Positions 41,913 through 51,806 of a DNA stretch of 64,000 nucleotides are shown here, one piece after another (position 1 is the stretch's first letter; every line of letters begins with the position of its first letter). Source of the DNA: an uncultured Spirochaetota bacterium (lineage in GTDB: Bacteria > Spirochaetota > Spirochaetia > SZUA-6 > Fen-1364); NCBI GenBank assembly GCA_963745235.1, contig CAVUXE010000033.1, positions 32,001 through 96,000 on the forward strand, written 5' to 3'. Position numbers and translations under genes: made by a program. The notes under the pieces were generated by a model, which saw only the letters and a program-made list of their open reading frames with translations, was not told where the DNA came from and searched no databases.

Positions 41913-43295
41913 TCACCCCTCCGAGCCTGACTGCCTCAGGTGCTGAGGCTGGATGGACCCGGCGGCGCGAAAGCTGCGCAAATACAGCGCCCCGCCCAGG
42001 ATGACAACCACCGCAAAAGCAAGCATCACGTTGGTGTAGCCGAACCCTTTCGCAATGCCTGCCACAGGCAGGATCCGGAAGTCCAGCCACCCGCCCGTGA
42101 GAATCTTGCCGACCAGCGCAGTGCCCACCGCACCGGATATGATGCCCACCAGGTTGAAGAGGCCCATACCGATGCCCGTTTCCTGCTCGTCAAGGGTCTG
42201 GGAGACCGCATTGATCATTGCCGTCTGGAAGAGAGAAAACCCGACATACGTGAGAAGCAGCGCGGCGGCGATTATCAGCGCCGAAATGCTCAGGAGAACA
42301 GCCATGACGAGAATGCTGGTCGCCAGCAGCGCAAGGCCGATGGCCACCACGAAGCTGTTTCCTCTCCGATCGGATAGTCTCCCCGCGATGGGCCCGAAGA
42401 CCACCGAGCTGATTGCCCCCGGGAACAGGACGAGCCCGATCTGGCTGCTGGAAAGATGGTGAATATCGTTCAGCATGAGAGGAATGAGGAAGATCGTTCC
42501 GATGACAACCGAGAAGAGGCAGAATCCGACAATCACGCCGCTGCGGAACCTGGCGTTCATGAACAGGGATGGTTTGATGAACGGATCTGCGGCGGTCATG
42601 ATGCGCAGGACGAAAAGGAAAAGCAGCCCGAGGAACGCCACGAGGTAGTACCACGCGCTGAAGTTCAGGTAGACGATCAGTGTTCCGACGCTCGTGGCTA
42701 CCAGCATGGCGCCGGGAATGTCCACTGTCCCCCTGCGGCGGGGCTCCCGGGGCAGCTCTCTGTTGAAAAATGGGATGGAAACGAGCATGAGCAGGGGAAT
42801 CAGGAACAGGTACGGCCAGTGAAGCGTTCCTGACACAAAGCCTCCGAGGACCGGGCCAAGTCCGATCGCAAGAGACACCGTGGAGGTGATGAGACCGAAG
42901 ATCCGCCCTCGTTCCGATGGCTCGAAATACCGGGCCGCAATGATGAAGATCAACGCGGGAATGGCGGAGCCCCCGATTCCCTGGATTGCCCTCGCGGCGA
43001 TGACCAGGGGGTACGAGGACTGCAGCGCGAAGCCCAGGACGGAGCCGATGCTGTAGATGACCACTCCGACGAGGATCAGCCCGCGCATGCTGTATATGTC
43101 AGCCAGCCTGCCGTAGATGACAGAGCCGATCCCGAAGAAAACCATGAATATCGTCATCATCCAGCTGACCCCCGAGGGCGTCAGCGCGAACTGGCGGGCG
43201 ATCATGGGCGTCGACACGTTGAACACCGTTTCATTCAGGACCGCAAAGAATATGAGATATGTGATCCAGGGGACAAGTTTGCGCAAGGAAATCAT
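41913..43295 (-). CDS. MFS (DHA2) efflux transporter, Tet(L)/Tet(K)-like
   Basis: FFAVLNETVFNVSTP, YGRLAD, ARAIQGIG, GPVLGG; about 14 TM helices. Confidence 0.85.
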   Translation of the reverse strand: MISLRKLVPWITYLIFFAVLNETVFNVSTPMIARQFALTPSGVSWMMTIFMVFFGIGSVIYGRLADIYSMRGLILVGVVIYSIGSVLGFALQSSYPLVIAARAIQGIGGSAIPALIFIIAARYFEPSERGRIFGLITSTVSLAIGLGPVLGGFVSGTLHWPYLFLIPLLMLVSIPFFNRELPREPRRRGTVDIPGAMLVATSVGTLIVYLNFSAWYYLVAFLGLLFLFVLRIMTAADPFIKPSLFMNARFRSGVIVGFCLFSVVIGTIFLIPLMLNDIHHLSSSQIGLVLFPGAISSVVFGPIAGRLSDRRGNSFVVAIGLALLATSILVMAVLLSISALIIAAALLLTYVGFSLFQTAMINAVSQTLDEQETGIGMGLFNLVGIISGAVGTALVGKILTGGWLDFRILPVAGIAKGFGYTNVMLAFAVVVILGGALYLRSFRAAGSIQPQHLRQSGSEG

Positions 43296-43413
43296 CCTTT
43301 CCTGTGGTGGTAAAATGGCAAAATCGCGGACGCAACGGCAAGCTCTTTCTTCACGCCCTGTAGTCGCTCGGGGGCTCGAAAATCGACATTGAGCATTTCA
43401 GTGAGATCGCGAA

Positions 43414-44577
43414 TCAGTCCTCGCTGTCGAGCGACCCCTGGCGCAGGAGCGTCAGGTGCGCCAGGCTGGGGAACGCTTTCTGGCAGATGGCGCGATGCTC
43501 GAGGGCCTCGGCGAACCTGCCCATGCGATCCAGAACCGTGACGAGATTGCAGTGGGGCTCGGGGTAGTCGGGCTCCATGGAAAGGGCCATTTCGTAGGCG
43601 TGCGCCCCGTCCTCCAGCTTGCCCAGCGCCACCAGTGAATTGCCCAGGTTGTTCCATGCCTCCGCGAAGTTGTGGTCCGCCTCGATTGCCTGCAGGTAGC
43701 GCTCCGCGGCGCTGGCCTCCCGTCCCAGGTCATAGAGGACGTTGCCGAGGTTGAAGAAGGCATCAGGCTGGGGAGATGAGACCAGCGCGCGCGTGTACAT
43801 CTGCACCGCGGATTCCAGGTCTCCGGATTCTTCCGCCTCAACGGCCTTTTCGAACCAGTCCCCCACGGCCTCCGCCACCGCATCGCGGCTTTCCGCGGGA
43901 AACAGCGACACGACCGCCGCGCCATGGTCTGCCTGGAAATCCATCAGGCGCTGGCCGCTGGGCTCGACCCAGCTTCCGTCCGGCAGCCGCAGCCGCAGGC
44001 CGGTGGCGTAGGCCTCCAATCGGCCCAGGAGACGATCTCCGTCGGGAAGCCATCGTGCGATCTCTGACAGGCTTCTGTGGATCTGGGACGCCGGCACTCC
44101 GGACGCCGTGAGCCTGTTCAGGTTGCGGGCGGTCAGGATGTCCTTGAACTCGAACCAGGCAAGCCGGTTTGTCAGGCGGGCCGGCTGGAGAAGGCCTTTG
44201 CGGACCCAGCCGCGCACCTGGGACAGCGGCGCCTCAACGATGCGGCTCACCTGCTCAACCGTGTAGAGCTTCGAGAAATCTTCCCGGTCATCTTCGGCGC
44301 CCAGGAGGCGCAGGAACTCCTGCTCCTCCACGAGCCTGATTGATGCGCCCTGCTTCTTGAGCGCCTGGAAAACCTCCAGGTTGCGGGAGATGCCTCCGTC
44401 GGAGGTGAGATGGCCAAGAGCATTCCCCGCCACCAGGATGGCGGTTGTCGGCCCCGGCTCACGGGCGTGGCGGCCTCCGGCCTTGAGGATGCGTTCAACG
44501 GCTTCCGCCCTGGTCATGGAGAACAGGCGGCCGGTCAGGGCAACTTCCTTGTCCGCTAAGGGTGAGACTTCAGCCAT
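43414..44577 (-). CDS. BRCT - MerR-type HTH - TPR protein
   Basis: VALTGRLFSMTRAEA...GG...TAILVAG (BRCT); YTVEQVSRIV...VRGWVRKGLLQP (MerR HTH); AFFNLGNVL and AWNNLGNSL TPRs. Confidence 0.85.
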   Translation of the reverse strand: MAEVSPLADKEVALTGRLFSMTRAEAVERILKAGGRHAREPGPTTAILVAGNALGHLTSDGGISRNLEVFQALKKQGASIRLVEEQEFLRLLGAEDDREDFSKLYTVEQVSRIVEAPLSQVRGWVRKGLLQPARLTNRLAWFEFKDILTARNLNRLTASGVPASQIHRSLSEIARWLPDGDRLLGRLEAYATGLRLRLPDGSWVEPSGQRLMDFQADHGAAVVSLFPAESRDAVAEAVGDWFEKAVEAEESGDLESAVQMYTRALVSSPQPDAFFNLGNVLYDLGREASAAERYLQAIEADHNFAEAWNNLGNSLVALGKLEDGAHAYEMALSMEPDYPEPHCNLVTVLDRMGRFAEALEHRAICQKAFPSLAHLTLLRQGSLDSED

Positions 44578-44581
44578 GCGA

Positions 44582-45481
44582 CTACTCTTCGATCAGCCCT
44601 TCGAAGACCGGGGCCCGCAGCAGCCCCGCTTCCGTGAGCTCCGCAAAGCTTACCTCGCAGTAGAGGCCAGGCTCAACCCATAGTGCGCGCTCGGGGCAGG
44701 CCACCAGGGGCGCCGCCCGGGGGTGCTCTCTCACAAGAGCGTTCATTTTTGCTCGCATGGACTCGGTAAAGCCCCCCCCGACCCTCCCCAGGTAGCGCAG
44801 CGGCCCCGGCTCCTCCCCCGGAAGCCCGCTGCCTGCGACCAGCAGGCACTGGAAGTCTTTGCCCGGCTTCTCGATGAACCCGATGATTGCAGCCTGGATC
44901 TTCAGTCGCCGCTTGATCTTTATCCAGGCGCCGTTTCGCTTTCCGGCTGCGTAGGTGCTGGCCGCGCGCTTGGCAACCACGCCTTCAATGCCCTGCTCGC
45001 AGGCTTGCCGGTACAGGGCCTTCCCGTTGGCCATGACGCCTTCAGACAGGAGAAGCTCCGGGCAGGCCGCCGCCTTCACAATCCGTTCCAGGATCTGCCG
45101 GCGCTCGGAAAACGGCAGCGCGAGGCGGGCTTCGAAGTCTTCGTACAGCACGTCGAAGGCGACAAACCTGACCTGAGAGGAAGTCCCCTTTCGCCCACGG
45201 CTGAGCATGAGGTCGAAATCAGGCTTGCCGTCGCGAAAAGCTACAATCTCGCCGTCCAGGGCGAGCCCCGACGGGAGCGCGCGAAGCGGGGCGAGGTCGG
45301 GAAATCTCTCCAGGAGGTCGATGCTGTTGCGACTCATCAGGCGGACGGTGCCGCGCTCAATCATCGCGCCGGCGCGAAAGCCGTCCCACTTGAACTCGAA
45401 GAAATGCGCCTCCGAATCGAAGGGCTGACCGTGGACGGCAAGCATGGGGGGCACGAACTGCGGAAGCGCTTTGGTCGGCAT
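44582..45481 (-). CDS. Stand-alone ATP-dependent DNA ligase (LigC/LigD ligase-type)
   Basis: PMLA, EFKWDGFR, SRN, DGEIV, FDVL, EGVVAK, WIKIK plus an OB-fold (GRVGGGF, LRAPVF). Confidence 0.92.
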   Translation of the reverse strand: MPTKALPQFVPPMLAVHGQPFDSEAHFFEFKWDGFRAGAMIERGTVRLMSRNSIDLLERFPDLAPLRALPSGLALDGEIVAFRDGKPDFDLMLSRGRKGTSSQVRFVAFDVLYEDFEARLALPFSERRQILERIVKAAACPELLLSEGVMANGKALYRQACEQGIEGVVAKRAASTYAAGKRNGAWIKIKRRLKIQAAIIGFIEKPGKDFQCLLVAGSGLPGEEPGPLRYLGRVGGGFTESMRAKMNALVREHPRAAPLVACPERALWVEPGLYCEVSFAELTEAGLLRAPVFEGLIEE

Positions 45482-45530
45482 CCCCCCTAATATACTGTAA
45501 CCAGGAGCGCTCCCCCCCATCTAATGGCAG

Positions 45531-45971
45531 ATGAATGGCATGAAGCTCCTGGGCCACCCCCTGCACCCGGCCATTGTTCATTTCCCCGTGTCCGCCTGGA
45601 CCGCCGTTCTCGCAACCGATGCGCTTTCCTTGTGTCTCGGTGACCCGCTGTGGCACCGGATCTCCGAGTGGCTTCTCATCATCGGAGCAGTCACCGCGCT
45701 CGGCGCAATGACAGCGGGCTTCATCGACCTCATTGCGCTTCCCGCGGGCCAGCCGGCGCAGCAGAAGGCGCTTCGACACATGTATGTCATGACCACGGCG
45801 TGGGCAGTCTACGTGATCGACCTGCTCGTGCGTCTCGCGCAGCTGCCGGGATGGGTTGGCCTGGTGTTGTCAGCGGCCGGCTTTTTCACCCTTCTGGTTG
45901 GAACCCACTTCGGAGCACAGCTTGTGTACGATTTTGGCGTCGGCCGGACAGGACGCCGACCTTCTCCATGA
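45531..45971 (+). CDS. DUF2231 membrane protein
   Basis: GHPLHPAIVHFP, AGFID, GAQLVY. Confidence 0.85.
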   Translation: MNGMKLLGHPLHPAIVHFPVSAWTAVLATDALSLCLGDPLWHRISEWLLIIGAVTALGAMTAGFIDLIALPAGQPAQQKALRHMYVMTTAWAVYVIDLLVRLAQLPGWVGLVLSAAGFFTLLVGTHFGAQLVYDFGVGRTGRRPSP

Positions 45972-46572
45972 CGCGCTTCGTCAAGGCGTTGCAGCGATCA
46001 CCCAGGAACCCGTAGAGGGAAATATCGGGCATCTGTTGGCGCAGCCCCTCCCGCAGGAGCCGCTTCGCCCTGTGGAGGCGCACTTTCGCGTTTGACGGGC
46101 TGATCCCCAGGACTGCCGCTGTCTCAGCCACCGACATGTGCTCCAGCTCCCGAAGGACGAAGACCACGCGGTAGTTTGGCGGCAACGCGTCAACCGTGCA
46201 CTCGATACGACGCGCCATCTGCTTCTGCGCGAGGGCAAGCTCCTTGTCATCCTCCTCTGCTGCCCGTCCTTGCGCCGCATCCAGGGCGACCTCCACCCGC
46301 CGCGCCCGGCTTCGAAGTGACGCCAGCGCGCAGTTGATGAGGATTCTCGTGAGCCACGTGGAGAAGAGCGCTTTTCCCTGGAACCGCGGGAGCCCGGTGA
46401 ATGCCTTGAGGTAGGCCTCCTGCATCACGTCCTCCACTTCCGCTTCATCGTGGAGGAAGGCGCGCGCCACGCGATAGAGCCGCTGGTTGTGCCGCCTGAC
46501 CAGGACCTCGTAGAGGAACGTCTCACCGTCGCGAACGCGTTCCACGATCTGCGTGTCCGGATCCCCTGTCAT
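45886..46572 (-). CDS. ECF sigma-70 factor
   Basis: RLYRVAR, EDVMQEAY, FSTWLTRI, LPPNYRVVFVLRE, KVRLHRAK; C-terminal extension with one Cys. Confidence 0.9.
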   Translation of the reverse strand: MTGDPDTQIVERVRDGETFLYEVLVRRHNQRLYRVARAFLHDEAEVEDVMQEAYLKAFTGLPRFQGKALFSTWLTRILINCALASLRSRARRVEVALDAAQGRAAEEDDKELALAQKQMARRIECTVDALPPNYRVVFVLRELEHMSVAETAAVLGISPSNAKVRLHRAKRLLREGLRQQMPDISLYGFLGDRCNALTKRVMEKVGVLSGRRQNRTQAVLRSGFQPEG

Positions 46573-46638
46573 CACGTCCAAGATAATGATTCCCGGGGCG
46601 GCGTGTAACCTTTTGCGCGTGTGCAGCATCGAATAGGT

Positions 46639-46989
46639 ATGATCATGGTTTACATCTGCATCGTTCTTTTCGCCATTGCAGCAGTCTTTGGCGTCATCAA
46701 CGTCGTGAGGATCGTGGCGGCAGACCGCGCGCCGCGGGCAACCGTGTACATTCACGGCGCATTCGCCGGCGTGTCCCTGGTGCTGCTGGTGATCTTTTCG
46801 ATCGTACACTCGCAGGCCGCGCCGATTGTCGCGCTCATCCTCTTCATCATCGCGGCCCTTGGCGGCTTTCTCCTGTTCGGCATAGATGTTGCCACGAAGC
46901 AACCGCCCAAATGGCTCGGGTTCGTCCACGGCGCAGTAGCGGTCGCGGGTTTCGTTTTCCTGCTTGTCTTCGCATTCGCCGGGGCATAG
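46639..46989 (+). CDS. Small 4-TM membrane protein
   Basis: Hydrophobic, with two conserved-looking HG motifs (IHGAFA, VHGAVA). Confidence 0.7.
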   Translation: MIMVYICIVLFAIAAVFGVINVVRIVAADRAPRATVYIHGAFAGVSLVLLVIFSIVHSQAAPIVALILFIIAALGGFLLFGIDVATKQPPKWLGFVHGAVAVAGFVFLLVFAFAGA

Positions 46990-47048
46990 CCGCGCACGCA
47001 AGGCACTGCTTCCTTGATGGCGGTCACGGGCCATGATACCGTGGCCGC

Positions 47049-47846
47049 ATGCCCGAAGCAGTCAAGCCGAGAGACCTCACAATTTCGGGAAGGAAAGTCC
47101 ATGCATGGATGGGCGGGGCCGGCCCCGCGCTCCTCCTCCTCCACGCGGCCTGGGGCAATGCGGAGATGAGCTGGTCCGCCGTCTGGGACGAGCTTGCAAA
47201 CGCCTTCGCGGTCGTGGCCCCGGACATGCCAGGGTTCGCTGCCTCGGAGCCGGTGGAGCGACCTGGGGTTTCAGGAAGCGCCCGGCAGATCATGGACCTG
47301 CTGGACTCCTTGAAGACGGATCGCTTTGCAGTGGTCGGGAGCTCCTTCGGCGCCGCCGTTGCCATCGAGATCGCCTCGGCGTTTCCTGATCGGGTGAGCC
47401 ACCTCGTGGTTGTGAACGGCACGAACCTTCCCGCCGTTCCCGGTCTCATGAAAAGCATCATCAGCATTCCTTTTGTCAAAGGACGCTTCAGCCGGTTGAT
47501 CAAGAACATGTCCTGGTCCGAAAAGGCGTTCGCGCGGGGCTTTCCGAACCCTGCGGCCCTGCCCAGGGGGTTCATCGACAAGGTGCGAAGCTTCAAAGAC
47601 GCCCATGGCATGACCGGCTTTCAAGCGGTCATGGATCAGGCCGGACGGCAGTCCCGGCCGCCGGTACCCACCACAGTCATTTGGGGCACGGGAGATCGCC
47701 TCGTGTCGCCCGCGCAGATGAGATCCTTCCTCAAATGGCTTGGCAGGCACGAGTACGTGCCCCTGGAGGGCGCGGGTCACATGCCGCAGGTGGAACGGCC
47801 GCGGGAGTTCTCGGCTGCGCTGCGCATGGCCGTCTCCCAGCGCTAA
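47049..47846 (+). CDS. Alpha/beta hydrolase
   Basis: PDMPGF, GSSFG, WGTGD, GHMPQVE. Confidence 0.88.
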   Translation: MPEAVKPRDLTISGRKVHAWMGGAGPALLLLHAAWGNAEMSWSAVWDELANAFAVVAPDMPGFAASEPVERPGVSGSARQIMDLLDSLKTDRFAVVGSSFGAAVAIEIASAFPDRVSHLVVVNGTNLPAVPGLMKSIISIPFVKGRFSRLIKNMSWSEKAFARGFPNPAALPRGFIDKVRSFKDAHGMTGFQAVMDQAGRQSRPPVPTTVIWGTGDRLVSPAQMRSFLKWLGRHEYVPLEGAGHMPQVERPREFSAALRMAVSQR

Positions 47847-48109
47847 CCGCCGCTCAGCGCGCCGAGGATGAGCACCTCGTCTCCCGGGGCGATCCGGCAG
47901 GTCAGGTCCCGCACAAGGTCGCCTCTCACAAAGAAGTTCATGTGCGGGCGAATGCGGTCCTGCTCATCGATCACCCGGAAGCGAATCCCGGGGAAGCGGC
48001 GGTCCAGGTCCGTCATCAATTCAGCAAGCGTGGCGCCATCACCTTCCACGTCGGACTCCCCGTGAGTGTATGAGCGCAGGTGCGACGAGAGGTGCACGGG
48101 GACGCTCAT
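47843..48109 (-). CDS. MoaD/ThiS ubiquitin-like protein
   Basis: LSSHLRSYT...FPGIRFRVIDEQ...GDEVLILGALSGG*, C-terminal GG. Confidence 0.88.
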   Translation of the reverse strand: MSVPVHLSSHLRSYTHGESDVEGDGATLAELMTDLDRRFPGIRFRVIDEQDRIRPHMNFFVRGDLVRDLTCRIAPGDEVLILGALSGG

Positions 48110-49224
48110 GACCCGGCTACTTCCAGGGAGAGTATACGAGGCAGGTGGCTCGCCACCAGCTTCCAGCTTGACCCTTCGTTGCGGCTCGCCCAGACCTCCC
48201 CGGCGGTTGTCCCGAGGTAGAGACCCACGGGGTCTTCCGAGTCGCTTTTCATCGCCTGGCGAAACACGGTGAACCACCCGTTGGATTCCGGGAAGCCCTT
48301 GGCTTGCCTGGTCCAGGAAGCGCCTCCGTCCGTGCTGCGATAGGCAGCGGGCTTGCCCGCCGGGCTCGTCCGCGGCCAGACGTCCGTTCCATCCATGGGG
48401 AACACCCAGAGCACGTCCTGCTTTCGCGGGTGGGCGACAATGGGAAAGCCGATGTCCCCGACCGGGGCAGGAAGGTTGCGCCCGATCCGCTCCCAGGTCG
48501 ATCCCGGCCTGTCCAGTCGATACACGCCGCAGTGGTTCTGCTGGTAGATCCTGTCAGGATTGGCCGGGCTCATGACCACGCAATGCGGGTCCTGGCCGTA
48601 TTCCGGGAACTTGTCGGGAAGGAAATCCGCCGACGATCCGTCGTTCATCGGGCTCCAGCTGCGCGCGGCATCCCGCGTCTCGAAGAAGCCACCTGTGGAG
48701 AGGGACACGTACATGTGGTTCGCGTCCCGCGGGTCGATCAGAATCGAATGCGTGATGGGGCCGCCCGGCGTCTCTCCGATGTTGGCCGGCTTCTTCTCCT
48801 TCAGCCCAGCCACATACCTGGTGAACTCCGCAATGTGATCCCACGTCTCTCCGCCGTCCTCGGACCTGAAGAGAGCGTGCGGCACGGTCCCCGCCCACCA
48901 GACTCCTGGCTGGCTCGCGTGGCCCGGCGCCAGGGCAAAAGTGCGCTGCACGGCGGGGCCGTTCTGTCCCTCGGGCGCCTTGGGGAACGAAGGCGGCATT
49001 CGGGCCTCGAGCCACGTTTTGCCCTTGTCCTGGGAGCGGAACACGGTTGGGCCCAGGTGGCCGGTTCTTGCCGCCAGGAGCAGGGTCCTGCCGTCGCGGG
49101 GGTCCTGCACCAGGTGATTCGTCTCCGCGCCCAGGAAATGCGGACTGGAGACCTTCCATTCCCGTCTGCTTCCATCCCCCTTCAGGACGAAAGCTCCCTT
49201 GATCGTCGCCACATGAAGCTTCAC
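48106..49224 (-). CDS. BNR/Asp-box beta-propeller protein
   Basis: Repeated Asp-boxes SQDKGKTW, SEDGGETW, STDGGASW, SRNEGSSW; YQQNHCGVYR. Confidence 0.88.
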   Translation of the reverse strand: MKLHVATIKGAFVLKGDGSRREWKVSSPHFLGAETNHLVQDPRDGRTLLLAARTGHLGPTVFRSQDKGKTWLEARMPPSFPKAPEGQNGPAVQRTFALAPGHASQPGVWWAGTVPHALFRSEDGGETWDHIAEFTRYVAGLKEKKPANIGETPGGPITHSILIDPRDANHMYVSLSTGGFFETRDAARSWSPMNDGSSADFLPDKFPEYGQDPHCVVMSPANPDRIYQQNHCGVYRLDRPGSTWERIGRNLPAPVGDIGFPIVAHPRKQDVLWVFPMDGTDVWPRTSPAGKPAAYRSTDGGASWTRQAKGFPESNGWFTVFRQAMKSDSEDPVGLYLGTTAGEVWASRNEGSSWKLVASHLPRILSLEVAGS

Positions 49225-49257
49225 GGGTATATAAGGTACAGAAAATCCACGCGAAAG

Positions 49258-49286
49258 TTGACGAGCTGATGGCGCAAAAGTATCTT
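49258..49286 (+). promoter_or_regulatory. Sigma70 promoter of the BMP-ABC operon
   Basis: TTGACG-N17-TATCTT, followed by AAGGAGG and a TTG start. Confidence 0.6.
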
Positions 49287-49313
49287 TGCTGATCTGAAGG
49301 AGGGGACGGAACC

Positions 49314-50282
49314 TTGTCTGGTACCAAGACGGCTCTCTTCTCTTTGCTGATCGGGCTGACCCTTGCTTTTTCCGCCTTCGCGGAGGCGAAGCTGAGGATA
49401 GCGATGGTGCTTCCCGGTCCCATCAATGACAACGACTGGAACTCGGTCGGCTTCAACGGATTGAAACAGGCGGCCACCGACCTGAAGGTGGAGTACGCCT
49501 ATTCGGAGAACGTGCCTGACTCCGACGCCGAGCGCGTGCTTCGGGACTACGCTTCGCGCGGCTACACGCTCATATTCGCCCACAGCTTCTCCTTCGGAAG
49601 CGCGACGCTGGACGTCGCCAGGGATTTCCCCAAGGTCTACTTCATGGCGGGAACAGCGACGGAGCTCGCGCCAAACATGGGCACTTACGACAACCCGGAT
49701 TACCAGGGTGCCTACCTGGCGGGCATGCTTGCCGCCGGAGTGAGCAAGTCAGGCGTCGTGGGGTGGGTTGACGGCAACCCTGCGCCGAACATGCTGGCAA
49801 ACCTGCACGCCTACGAGGCGGGCGCCAAGGCGATGAACCCGAATGCAAAGGTGCTCCACACGTTCATCGGCAGCTGGTACGACCCCCCGAAGTCCAAGGA
49901 GGCCGCTCTCGCGCAGGTGGAGCAGGGAGCGGACGTTCTGAGCGCTCAGGGAGTGGGCGTCATCGATGCCGCGAAGGAAAAGAAAGTCTTCGCGCTCGGG
50001 GCGATGACGGACCAGAACTACATGGGACCCTCCGTGGTGCTCACCAGCGTCACCTGGAACCTCGCCCCCCTGATCAAGGGCGTGGCGCAATCCATTCTCG
50101 ACGGCAAATGGGTGAGCAAGAACTGGTCGTTCGGCATCGCCGAAGGATCCGTGAACCTGGCCCCTTTCCACGGCCTGGACAAGACCGTGCCGGCAAGCGT
50201 CGTGCGCAAGGTGAACAAGACGCTGGATGAGATCAAGTCCGGCAAGTTCGTGGTTCCGCACGACACGAGCGCGGTCCAATAA
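49314..50282 (+). CDS. BMP family (nucleoside/purine) ABC substrate-binding protein
   Basis: PGPINDNDWN, AYLAGMLA, GSWYDP, QGADV. Confidence 0.92.
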   Translation: MSGTKTALFSLLIGLTLAFSAFAEAKLRIAMVLPGPINDNDWNSVGFNGLKQAATDLKVEYAYSENVPDSDAERVLRDYASRGYTLIFAHSFSFGSATLDVARDFPKVYFMAGTATELAPNMGTYDNPDYQGAYLAGMLAAGVSKSGVVGWVDGNPAPNMLANLHAYEAGAKAMNPNAKVLHTFIGSWYDPPKSKEAALAQVEQGADVLSAQGVGVIDAAKEKKVFALGAMTDQNYMGPSVVLTSVTWNLAPLIKGVAQSILDGKWVSKNWSFGIAEGSVNLAPFHGLDKTVPASVVRKVNKTLDEIKSGKFVVPHDTSAVQ

Positions 50283-50310
50283 GCCGACGACTGACGCCCC
50301 GTTTCTGCGG

Positions 50311-51805
50311 ATGCACGGGATCGTTGTCGCATACGGGTCCCTCGTCGCCAACGACAACATCGATCTCGAAGTGCAAAGGGGGGAGATCCGCGCCCTCCTG
50401 GGTGAGAACGGGGCAGGGAAGACGACCCTGATGAAGGCCCTGGTCGGCCTTGCCCCCCTGAAGAGCGGGACACTATCGCTGAACGGGCAGGCCATCACCG
50501 ACATCAGCCCGGTTGCCGCGCGCAATGCGGGCATCGGGATGGTCCATCAGCACTTCATGCTGATCCCGACCCTGACGGTGGCACAGAACGTCTGCATTGG
50601 ATTGCGAAGCGCCGGGTACCCGTTCCCGGACTCCAGGAAGGTTTCGGCGAGCCTCCAGGACCTCTCCGAGCAATATAGACTGAAGGTGAATCCGGCGGCC
50701 CGCGTCTCGGATCTCTCCGTGGGGGAGCAGCAACGGGTGGAAATCCTCAAGACCCTGTACCGAGGCGCAATGCTCCTTGTCCTTGACGAGCCGACATCCG
50801 TCCTGATCCCCCAGGAGATCGACGGGTTGTTCGAAATCATTCGCGGCCTGTCCGCTCTTGGCACTGCGGTCATTTTCATCAGCCACAAGCTGAATGAAGT
50901 CATGAACATCAGCCAGACTGTCACCGTCCTTCGAAACGGGAGAGTTGCGGCAACCCGGGCCACCAGGGAAACCAACGCCCGGGAGCTTGCGAGGTTGATG
51001 GTGGGCCGCGACATGGAGGATCTGCCCGCCGCCCCCTCCCTGGCCGCATCCGCGCCGCTTGTGGCGCGGGTCCACGGGCTGCGATACGTGGACCCGCGCG
51101 GGGTGAGCACGCTGCGCGGGATAGACCTCGACATCCATGCCGGTGAGATCCACGGCATTGCCCGGCGTGGACGGGAATGGGCAGGTGGAGCTGGCGAGGA
51201 TAGTCGCCGGGATTCTCCCGGCTTCCTCGGGGACGGTCCTGCTGGACGGAAAGGACATCACGCGCCTGAATCCGGCGAAGCGGATCCAGGCCGGCCTGGC
51301 ATACATACCCGCGGACCGTCAGCGCAGCGCGCTCGCCATGGAGCTCTCGATCTTCGACAACCTGATGCTGAAGGCGAGCGACCGTCCACCGTTTTCCGCC
51401 CACGGGTTTCTGAACTTCGCGCGGCTGAAAGAGCTTGTGGACGCGTCGGTCAAGGATTTCGACATCCGGTGCACGAGCACCGAACAGGCAGTCCGGACCC
51501 TCTCCGGAGGCAACCAGCAGAAGCTTGTCCTTGCCCGCGAGCTTCGCGCCAACCCCCGCCTGATCGTCGCGGTGCAGCCGACGCACGGGCTGGATGTCAG
51601 CGCAACCCACTACGTCCATTCCATGCTGCTGGAACAGCGGCGCAAGGGCTGCGCAATCCTCCTGATCTCCACCGAGCTTGACGAGATCCTTTCCCTGTCG
51701 AACAGGCTGTCCGTCATCTATGAGGGGACCCTTTCGGCCACATTCGACCGCGCCCAGGCAAACAGGGAAACCCTGGGCCTCCTGATGGCCGGCAAGAGGC
51801 CATGA
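50311..51805 (+). CDS. ABC transporter ATP-binding protein, two domains (frameshift near 51160)
   Basis: GENGAGKT, VHQHF, LSVGEQQ, GVDGNGQ, LSGGNQQK. Confidence 0.92.
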
Positions 51806-51806
51806 G

